This document shows, piece after piece, positions 44,340-54,900 of a DNA stretch of 61,990 nucleotides. The DNA lies in NCBI GenBank assembly GCA_964565165.1, contig CAZMDJ010000003.1, positions 7,054-69,043 of the forward strand, read 5' to 3'. Source of the DNA: an uncultured Actinomycetes bacterium (lineage in GTDB: Bacteria; Actinomycetota; Actinomycetes; Nanopelagicales; Nanopelagicaceae). The first letter of the stretch is position 1. The number at the start of each line of letters is the position of its first letter. A model generated the notes under the pieces. The model was not told where the DNA came from. It ran no database searches and saw nothing but the letters and a program-made list of their open reading frames with translations. The position numbers and the translations under genes are program-made.

Positions 44340-45985
44340 TTTCCAAACCAACCTTGAATTGCACCAACTACATCTGAACCTTTAACAATTAGCACCAAGA
44401 CAAAGTAAACGCAGATTCCAAGTAATCTATATGAATATCTGGTTAGTGCAGTTCGTTGCCAGCTAGATGCATCTCGCTCTGAATTAGCCATTGCATACAT
44501 TGCGCCGATAATCACTGTTGGGATTGTCAGAACCACAAATGCTGATCGCAAATATGTGTATGGATCTTCGATCTGTGATGCCAATACATTTGCGAAGTAG
44601 GTGCCAATTAAAATCATGATTACAGTCTTAACTGCACCGGTTGGCAAGAACTTACCTTTGAATGCAGCTTCTGGAATGTAATGGGTGTATCGCTCGATAA
44701 TTGATGGAAGTACGAATAGAGCTGTACCGATCCAAAGTTCGAGTGAGTTACCGATAAATAGCTCTGCAGTTAGATTAAAGAGAACCGCTCTAAAGACAAT
44801 GACAACTGAGGTGTGACGTGAATGCACATCCTGAGGTTCTGATTCCTCATGTAGAGCGTTTGTACGTACGGGATATCCATAAGTTACAAACTCTTCTAGC
44901 AACATGCGACCAACTAAAACGATAGCCGCAAAGATTGCAATCTTATTTGCCTCAGGCATGATGGTTACTTTGTAGCCAGATAGGCCGCCAAGTGCGTAAA
45001 CCATCTTCTGCACTCCCCAACCCATTAATAAAGCTGCAAGTGCATAGTCAGTTGCACGTTCCCAGAACGAGGCGAAATCTTTAACTTCGCGACGTAATGG
45101 ACGGAATGCACTTGCTAGAAGTCCTGGAACAAACCAGAGCATTACGTAACCGACTGTGGTTAGTAGTGAATGACGAGAATCGATATTTCCCGAAAGGAAA
45201 ACACCGCCAAAATATAGGAATGCAGCGAAGAAACCTGCATAGGCATCAAGTAGACCAATAAGAATTCCGGCCATTGTTAAACCAAGCGTTGCAGGTAGCG
45301 CTTTGAAGTGCGCTGCATGTAGTGCCTGAGAAGCGACAATGAAAGCGGCTGGATAAAGCAGGTAGCTAACTGAACCAATCATTGATCGCAGATATGTGCC
45401 GTCAATAATTAAACGGTGCATCAATGGGCTAAAACGTGAGAACTGAAATGCTGCTAATCCGAATTCGCGATCCGCTAACCCAGTTAATGGAAAGCGCCAT
45501 GTTCTTAGTCGATCTCCCCAACCAGGTTTACGTTTAATTTTCTCTAGTTCGCCTGTCTCAATCGCTTCGAGTGAGCTCTGCTCGACATCGCCTTCTGAAC
45601 TTCCAGAGGTATCTGATTCATTCTTTGAACCACCAACAGCGCCAAGAATAGAAAGCGCTGCGACTGCTAAGCCAGTTGTTCCCACTGGATCATCAGCAGG
45701 ATTAAATGGTGCCAATTCGCCAGGGCATAGGTCGTCCCACTTGATAATTCCTTTTGAAGTTTTGCAGAACTTTAATGTTTGTGTACTTACTACGCCGCTG
45801 TCATCACTAACTTCAATATCTACCTCATGATGTCCAGGCGGTACATCTGCAGGAATTTGAATATCAAGCGCTTCAGCTTCTGATGTTGTTATGCGATCAA
45901 TTAAAACTGTGTCTTTAGCCCAGGAAGGCATCGTAAGAAGCTGTAACCCCACGATTGCTGCAAGCACTAGTAACTTCTTCTTCAT
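44336..45985 (-). CDS. polytopic membrane protein of unknown function (signal peptide, small extracytoplasmic Cys-pair domain, Ser/Glu-rich linker, ~10 TM)
   Basis: The 549-aa ORF begins [25 protein letters not shown]. Its ATG overlaps the giant gene stop (TAATG). Its TAG stop overlaps the convergent kinase TAG within the palindrome CTAG (44336-44339). Confidence 0.75.
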   Translation of the reverse strand: MKKKLLVLAAIVGLQLLTMPSWAKDTVLIDRITTSEAEALDIQIPADVPPGHHEVDIEVSDDSGVVSTQTLKFCKTSKGIIKWDDLCPGELAPFNPADDPVGTTGLAVAALSILGAVGGSKNESDTSGSSEGDVEQSSLEAIETGELEKIKRKPGWGDRLRTWRFPLTGLADREFGLAAFQFSRFSPLMHRLIIDGTYLRSMIGSVSYLLYPAAFIVASQALHAAHFKALPATLGLTMAGILIGLLDAYAGFFAAFLYFGGVFLSGNIDSRHSLLTTVGYVMLWFVPGLLASAFRPLRREVKDFASFWERATDYALAALLMGWGVQKMVYALGGLSGYKVTIMPEANKIAIFAAIVLVGRMLLEEFVTYGYPVRTNALHEESEPQDVHSRHTSVVIVFRAVLFNLTAELFIGNSLELWIGTALFVLPSIIERYTHYIPEAAFKGKFLPTGAVKTVIMILIGTYFANVLASQIEDPYTYLRSAFVVLTIPTVIIGAMYAMANSERDASSWQRTALTRYSYRLLGICVYFVLVLIVKGSDVVGAIQGWFGN

Positions 45986-48900
45986 TACTTACCTTCCTTA
46001 ATTGTTACTTTAACTTTCTGTCCTGGTTTCAAATTTGTCACATTGAATTTTGCATTCGAACCAGAAGTCTTTGGCGTGATATTTACTTTCTTCGCTGCAG
46101 GTTGCCTAGCAGTACTTGCCTTGGGTGCAGCTTGTGCCTTTTCAACAATAGTTACCTTCACCTTTTGGCCAGGCTGCAAATTAGTTACGTTTACGTTTGC
46201 ACTGGTATCTGTGGTCTTAGGTTCAATCTTCACAGGTGCGCTACTTGGCTTAGTTGTTGGAGCCGATGCACTTGCAGATGGTTTAGTAGATGCTGACGCA
46301 CTTGCTGAAGGCTTCGCTGATGCAGATGCAGAGGTAGATGGTTTAGCTGTCGCACTTGCTGAAGGCTTCGCTGATGCAGAAGCGCTTGCAGATGGTTTAG
46401 CAGAAGCTGATGCGCTCGGTGAAGATGATGGCTTCGGTGAAGAAGTTGGTGATGGAGAAGATGAAGGCTTCGGAGTTGCACTCGGAGATGCACTCGGTGA
46501 AGGAGTTGGCTTCAATGTTGGCGATGCAGAAGGCGATGCACTTGGTGTCGCACTTGGTGTTGCACTCGGGGTTGCAGAAGGTGTTGGCATTACCGATGGA
46601 GTCGGTGAAGGTGACGGCGAAGCAGACGGTCTTGGCGTTGGTGTTGGTGTTGTGGGAGTTGATGGAGTTGTTGGAGCAGATGCGCCACCGCCACCGCCAC
46701 CTCCGCCACCGCCAGAGTTATTAGAAGGAGCAGCTGCAAATGTAATTGTTACTGCTGATGAAGTTACAGATCCGTAGGTGCTATCTCCTGCTTTTGTTGC
46801 AGTTGCAATACAAGTACCCGCTCCATTTGCAGTAACCGATCCGGTACTTGATACAGCGCAACCTGCCGCCGTTCCGCCAGTAATTGCGTATGTAATTGAA
46901 CCAGTTCCGCTACCACCAGAAGTTATTAGCGCAACCGGTGTACCTACAGTTGCGTTCGAACCAGTAACGCTTAACGCCGCTTGAGATTGTGCTGCTACGC
47001 CAATAGTCACAACTTTAGATACGTTCTTTACGATGCCACCAATAGTTACCGCTGCATTAATTGTGAATGAAGCAGCAGCCGAAATTGCGGTTGGAGTTCC
47101 AGAGATGGTTCCCATCGCTGGATCGAAAGTTAATCCTGCCGGAAGTGTTCCGGTCAATGAATAAACAATTGAGGACCCAGCTTCTGCCTGAATTGACGTT
47201 GAGATTGGCGTAATTGCATTTCCAACGGATCCGGTAAGAGTCGTAACTGATGTAGAAATTGCAGGATCGGTAATAAAGGTAGTTGATGTAGTTGCGCTAC
47301 CAGTTCCAGCTGAGTTAGTTGCAGTCACAACTGCGTTGTACTGAGTACCGGGCGCTAATCCTGTTAAATTCGCAGAAGTTGTTGTTGAAGTAGTTGTAAC
47401 AGTTGAGCCGGTGTTTACCGGTACCGCACTGATTGAATATTGAGTGATTGATGCTCCACCGGTATTTGTTGGCGCAGTGAAAGTTACATCAGCTGTTGAA
47501 GTGCTGCCGGTTGGCACTGATGCATTTACGCCGCTTGGTGATGATGGTGCACTTGCATTAACACCGATAGTTATTGTTGCCGTACCCGTATCAACTGTTC
47601 CACTTGGCAGAGTGGTTGAAACAGTAATCACAAATTGTGTTGGCGAAATAGCAACAGTTGGAGTTCCAGAAATTTCACCAGTATTTGGGTCCAAAGTTAA
47701 GCCCGCAGGGAGTGGCCCTGCAATTGAATAGGTTGTTCCTGTAGCGCCAAGTGCAACAATTGAAACTGTAATTGGAGTAATCGCTTGATCAATAGTTGTA
47801 GTCAAGCTATTTGTTGATGGAGTGACACCTACTGGAGTAACAATTCGAGTTGAAGCAGTTGTATCCGGGCCGGTTCCTGCTGAGTTGGTAGCTGCAACAG
47901 ATACAACATATTCAGTACCCGGTACAAGATTTGTGACAGTTACTGCTGAACCAATTACTGACGCCGATGGTGTCGCATTAATAATCGTGCCTGATGAGAC
48001 AGGTGTAATTGCAATTGCATATGTAGTGATTGTTGCGCCACCATCGTATGTAGATGCACCAATGTTTACAGCTGCCGTTGTCGCAGTTGGTGTAGTTGCA
48101 GATACTGATGCTGGTGCGCCAGGAACTACAGGATTAACGCCCAATGTAAATGTCGTTGTACCGGTAACAGTCGCACCACCAGTAACCGTTGCTGTCGCAG
48201 TAACAGTAAATGTTGTTGCGTTGATTGCGACTGTTGGTGTTCCAGAAATTTCTCCAGTTGTTGTATCAAGTGTTAATCCTGCAGGTAGCGCGCCGCTTAC
48301 AGAATATGAAACTCCTGTTGGATTAGAACCAGTAATGGCAGCAGAGATAGGCGTGATTGCCTGGCCAACAGAAGCTGTTTCACTTGATGAACTTAATGAA
48401 ACACCAAGCGGAGTTGTGAAGGTAGAACTTTGAGAAGTCGTGCCACTGCCTGAACTATTAGCTGCAGTTGATGTAACTGTGTAAGTAGTACCTGGTGCAA
48501 GTGAAGTTGTCGGTACAGATGTTGAAGTTGTGTTTTCGACAACCGGCGTACCACCGCCAACTGGCGTGAAAGTTGTTTGATAGCCAGTAATTGTTGCGCC
48601 GCCATTTGATGTTGGTGCGGTCAAAACAACTGTTGCTGCAGTTGATGAAGTTGCAGTTGCAGATTGAATTCCTGGAGCAGATGGTGGCGCTGCTGGGGTT
48701 GTAATTGAAGTTGCAGCTGATGTTGCACTTCCCTGACCAACTGCGTTAATCGCTACTGTAGATATTGAATAGGTAGTGCCTGCTGCTAGGCCACTTAATG
48801 TGACAGCGTTTGAAATATCTGCAGCGTTTACAGTTAAGTTAATAGGGGTTCCGCCACCTGTAGGTGTTGCAGTTATCTTGTAAGAAGTGATCGCAGATCC

Positions 48901-51900
48901 ACCGTCAACTGTCGCTGCACCAACCGTTACCGAAGCGGTTGAATAAGTTGGCGCAGTTGCCGAAACAGTTGCTGGAGCACCAGGTACAGTTGCAGGCGCA
49001 ACAGGTAATGAAAGCGCTGAAGCAGTTGAAGAACCCACACTGTTATTAGCAACCACTGAATATTGATAATTAGTTCCGTTTGTTAAGCCAGAGATTCGAC
49101 ATCCGACCGCTGGATCTGTTGCTGTACATGTACCGGCAGATGAACCATCTGGATTCTTCGCTGTAACTGTATAGCTGGTGATTGCAGCGCCGCCAGTTGA
49201 TGAAGGTGCGGTAAATGTAACTGTGGCAGCGGTGTTTTCAACTGTTGCTGTTGGAGAAGTTGGTACGCCAGGTGAAGTTGCTGGTGTTGAAGTTGCTGAG
49301 GTTGATGGCGCTGAAGAACCGGATGAATTCGTTGCAACAGTTGTAAATGAATATGCGGTTCCGTTAGTTAGACCTGCAATTGTGCAACTTGTTGCTGGTG
49401 AAATAACGGTGCAAGATCCGGCGGTTGATCCATCAGGATTTTTTGCAGTAACGGTGTAAGAAGTTGGTATTCCACCACTGCCACTTCCTTGGGCTACATC
49501 GATAGTTACTGAGCCATTGCCTGAAGTTAATGTCTGTGTCGGCGCATCAGGCGCAGCTGGCACCCAAACTGCAGTTAGCGTTGTGTTAGTTGTAGGAGTA
49601 ATTGTCGATTGAGGTGCAACAGTTGTAGATCCTGTTGACCAAGCTGTCAATGCAAATCGAGTTCTGGTGATACCGGTTGTCGGTGCAGTCTGAACGGTTG
49701 TACTTGGTGCAACCAATTGAGTAGATGGCGCAGTACCTGTTGTTGCACCAGCAATTGAATAAGAGACACCAATTAGCGCAGCAGACCATTGCGCAGTAAG
49801 TGTTACTGCATATGCAGGCATGGTGTACGTGCTGCCTGCAGCCATCACGTTTGTGCCGTCGCTCCAACCTAAGAAATTCTTTGTGGCATCTGTATTAGTT
49901 GGAGTTGCTGCCAATGTAAATGTTGAGCCGTACGCAGTATTTCCTTGAGTAGGTACTGAGCCAGTACCACCGGTACCCAAGTCATAAGTAACCGCATATG
50001 AAGCTGCTACCCATTTTGCAGTAAAGGTTACGTCGCGATCAGGCATTGTATAAACAGCACCGGATGCAAAAGGAGCTGCCACATCTAACCAACCATCAAA
50101 GTTGTAACCAGTTCTAGTTGGTATAACCGAAGTTACGGTTACTGAGTCGTTGTAAGAATGCGATGTAGCGCTCAAAGTTGTTGAACTAGTTCCTTGGTTT
50201 AGGTCATAAGCAACGGTGTGGGAATTTGATGTCCACTGAGCAGTAAGAGTTACACCGTTTGGATTTGCAAGTGTGTAATTGGCGCCAGCGCCATAAGTGT
50301 TTGTTCCATCGCTCCAGCCTGCAAAGGCGTAGCCAACTTTGCTAATCGCTGCCGCCAAAGTAATCGTTGTTGTAAATGCACCTGTCTGCGTACTGGTAAC
50401 CAATGTCCCGCCATTGCCTGCATATGTTGCAGTAATTGTCGCTGGTGTCCATTGTGCAGCTAAGACGTAATGGTTATCGCGAACTTGATACGCAGATGCT
50501 GCGGCAACAGTTTCGCCACTTTGATCTTTCCAATTAACAAAGTTATAGCCAGCACGAGTTGGTGTTGCATTTGTAGTGATGTTCTGAAGATCATTACACA
50601 TGTTCCCTGCATTAGCGCATTCACTATCAATATCTGATTCGGCAGGAGTTATAACTGCATGAGTGCCGCCATTTAATACGTATTTAACTACGAAACGTTT
50701 GATCCATTGCGCTGTAAATGTAGTTCCACCATCTTGCACAATATAAGTAGAACCTTCAGCATAAATAGTTCCAGACGTACTCTTCCAGCCAACAAAGGCA
50801 TATACCTGGGTATTTACGGTGACTGTTGCGGAATCAATATTTTGAAGAGTGTAATTCGAACCAAAAGCACGAGTAACCGTTGTAGTTGCAAGAGTTAGCC
50901 CTGATGAAGTGCTTCCATCTACCGTACCTGCGTTGAAGTTAAGGGTTTGATTTGCCGGTGTCCAAATTGCATAAAGAGTTGTATTAGCTGTCGGTGTATA
51001 CGAACCACTAATTACTGAACCTGTTGGAGATGTCGACCACCCAGAAAGCGAGTACCCAGTCTTTGTCATTCCAGATGCATCCGGAAGCGATAAGCCAGTA
51101 CCAGAAGTTGTATATGTTGCTGCGCCATTTGTTGCAGATCCTGTTGCACCATTTGTGTTCCAAGTGATGTTGTAAGTACCTGGAGACCATTGCGCATAAA
51201 GAGTTACAGATTGTGTAGGCGTATACAGACCGCTAATTACAGTTGAAGTTTCAGACCAACCGCTAAATACATAGCCAGCTTTCTCCATTGTTCCAACAGT
51301 TGGCAAGCTTATTGCTGAACTTCCATAAGCAAATGAATCCGATGTGCGCGATGCGGATCCTGTTGCACCGGTATTTGGGTTATAAGTAATTGTGTAAACC
51401 AATGGCGACCATTGCGCTGCAAAAGTTACGTTTGCTGTAGACATGGTGAAAGTCTGTCCAACACTGTAAATCGTTGAACCTGATGCCCAACCAGTAAATG
51501 TATAACCGGTACGAGTTAGTCCTGTTCCGGCTGCAACTGTAAAAGTCTGACCACTTGAATGCGTTGGCTCTGTTGGAACATTTCCTGTTCCGCCATTTGC
51601 ATCATATGTAACCACGTACTGAAGAGCTGTCCAGACTGCAGTCAAAGTTACATTGCTAGCCCCAACAGTGTAAGTAGAACCATATACATATGAAACATTT
51701 GCTTGATCGGTCCAGCCAGTAAATGTGTAACCGGTATTAGATAAACCAGTTCCTGCTGCTACTGAGAAGGTTTGTCCGATGGTCTTGTTGGCCTCTGTTG
51801 GGAGCGTTCCGGTGCCAGAACCGCTATTTACATAAGTAATTGTGTAGCTAACTGCGCTCCACTTTGCGAACAAAGTAAGCGCTGCAGAGGTGCTGTAGGA

Positions 51901-54900
51901 ATCGCTTGCTGCATAGTTTGTACCAGTTCCATCAGCTGCAGTATTCCAACCATTAAATGCGTAACCACTCTTAGTCATTCCCGCAGGAGGAGATGCAATT
52001 GAATAAGCAGTACCGCCAGTTACGAAAGCACCTGTTGTAGGAACGGTAGTTGAACCACCATTTGAGTTATATGTAATTGGATATGAGATTCCACTCCACT
52101 GTGCATATAAAGTGATGTTTGCAGTTGGTGAATATGCAGTTCCGTTTGGCCCAACCAAAGTTCCGCTAGATGCTGCAGTAAACCAACCATTAAATGTGTA
52201 ACCAGGTCGTGTTGGCAGCGGAAGTGTTACCGGAGTTCCTAAATTGAAGTTGGCAGATGTTGGTGAAACTGTTCCGCTATTTGCATCATAAGTAATTACG
52301 TAAGGTGCTGGAGTAACTACTGCACTTGGTGCAGATTGTGCAGAGCTTCCAGCTCCATCATTTGCAGTTGCTTTAAATGTGTAAGCAGATCCGTTAGTCA
52401 ATCCAGCAACTGTGCAAGATGTTGCAGGCGAAGTTACTGTGCAAGTTCCAACTGCATTGTTATTTGAATCGTATGCAGTAACTGTGTATGAAGTTGGTGC
52501 CGGTGCTGAAGGTGCATAAGAAAGAACAATTACACCTGAACCACCAGATGAACCTGCGCCACCACCAGATCCAGTATTGGCTGCACCTGCAGCTTGCACT
52601 CCTGGATAGGCAGTTCCATAACCATTACCACCAGCTGCATAAGTAACTGATGCGCCAGAAATACTTAACGCAAGACCTGCGCCACCAAGACCAGGAGATG
52701 TATTTCCAACAATCGGATATCCGGCAGAGATAGCACCGCCACCACCGCCGCCTTGTAGTGATGCGCTATTACCGCAACCAGGACCACCGGCATTTGCGTA
52801 CATTGCCCAATCAGTAAAAGTTGCTTGCGTTGGCGTTCCGCCAGCATTCAAAGTACACGTACCTGATGGCGCATAACCACCGCCACCAGAACCACCGCTT
52901 GTTCCACTTGCACTTCCGCCGCCACCGCCTTTAGCGGTTACAGATGCAAATACTGAATCACCACCACTTGCACCAATAGCTGTAGATGTATTTCCAGTTC
53001 CACCAGCTCCAACTGTCATCGATAAAGTCGAACCAGGCGTAACTGAATAAGAAGGATTGTAAAGAAGTCCGCCGCCGCCGCCGCCACCGGCGTTGCCTCC
53101 CCAACCACCACCGCCGCCACCGCCAACTACAAGAACCGCCATGTTTGTTACGTTGGCAGGAACTGTGACAGTTGAGCTACCGGTAGTAGTAACTTTATAA
53201 ACACAATTTCCATTTGTTAAAACGAATGGAGAAACACAAGATACTGATCCATTTGTAACTGAAACAGTCGCAGTTGTATTACCTGCAGTAGCCGAGACCG
53301 TTGGAGCCGCTGGAACCAACATAGTCCACTTTGCATAAATTGTTGTATCGCCAAATAAGGTAATAGTTGCACCATCAATATATGGAGTACCTGTTCCATT
53401 TGCTGCTGTTGTCCAGCCATCAAATGCATAACCTGCGATTGCAAAGGTTCCGATATTGATATGGAATGCCTTGCCTGCAGTAAAGGTTTGTGTCGCCATT
53501 GTGCCCGAAGCTGTTGTTCCTGCTACGGCATTTGAATTGAAGGTAAGTGTGTAGTTATTTGCATTCCAAATTGCATAAAGCGTTGTGTTACCCGTCGGGG
53601 TCAATGTTGTGATTGAAGTAGTGCCTGCAGCAGTAGTCGCCCACCCACCGAATGAATAGCCAGTCTTTGTCATAGTTCCGACTGTCGCAAAAGAGGTAAT
53701 TGCCGCACTGCCATATGTGTAATTCTGAGTAGCTACAGACGCAGTACCTGAACCGGCATTGTTTGAATAGGTAACTACATAAATCTGAGCTGTCCACTGC
53801 GCATATAAAGTAATTGCGCCATACAGTGTTACTGACTGCTTATCTGTGTAAGAAGTACCAGTTCCACCTGCAACCGTATTCCAACCATTGAAGGTATAGC
53901 CGGTGCGGGTAAATGCATTTGCATTGATTGTGAAAGCGGTACCAGCAGTAAAGCTCTGATTAGTCATGGTGCCAGCACCAGAGTTAGCGTTGAAAGTTAT
54001 GGCATATGTATTTGCGCTCCACTTTGCATAAATCGTCATTGCTGCATACAAAGTTAAAGATTGTGCATTTGTATAAGCGGCACCTGTGCCATCCGCATTA
54101 GCTGTCCAACCTGAGAATGTGTAACCAGTGCGAGCAATCTGAGTTGTGTTACTTGTTAAAGCAAGCGCTGTACCTGCTGTATATGTCTGGTTCGCAATTG
54201 TTCCAGTACCACCATTTGCATTAAAGGTAACTGCAAATGTTGTTGCCTGCCAGACTGCGTACAAAGTGATTGATCCAGTTGGTGTGTAGCTTGCACCTCC
54301 AGCATATGCTGCGGTTGTTGCAGTGCTTGTAGTCGCCCAACCTAAGAAGTTATATCCAGTCTTAACCATTGTGCCAACAGTTGCTAAATTGACAGCGTTG
54401 CTAGAAGTTAATGACATCGAAGCAACTGAAGGCGCACCCGATGACGGTGTTGATCCTAGATTTGCATTAAATGTAATTGTGAAATTCCATTGGGCATAAA
54501 GCGTGATATTTCCTGCGCCAGTGTATGAAGCACCAACCGCATAGTTGGTTCCACTGCCATCTGCTGCAGTATTCCAACCACTAAATGTGTAATTAGTTTT
54601 AGCAAGCGTTCCACTATTTGTTGCCAATGTTCCAGCGATGCTATTTACAAAGTTTGTTGGGTAAGGAATTGTTCCGCTGGTTGCGCCGTTCGCGTTGTAA
54701 GTAACTAGCGAGTTCCATTGAGCGTAAACCGTAACATTGCCTGTAGGTGAAGTTAAATATGTGTTGAAAGCTGAACCAGTTGCAGCATATGTAGGGATGG
54801 CAGGAGTTGAAGTTGTGATTCCGTACTTCTCTTTTAGGAACATCTCGACTTGCAACACTTCTGCAGCTGTTAAAGTGCTGTTATAAATCACTAAGTCAGC

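Noticed and set aside
46225-46600. Short tandem nucleotide repeats that might look like a CRISPR array or a VNTR locus outside genes
   Set aside because: The repeats are in-frame coding repeats ([12 protein letters not shown] units) with no unique spacers of regular length, and there are no cas genes in the window.
46043-46777. 244-aa plus-strand ORF (Asp/Gly/Ala/Glu-rich) and several other 60-200-aa ORFs antisense to the giant gene (e.g. 47822..48433, 47444..47731, 49178..49459)
   Set aside because: They are mirror-strand artefacts of the low-complexity, repeat-rich coding sequence on the minus strand. They have no SD and a biased composition, and they are fully embedded in a 12-kb ORF with coherent domain structure.
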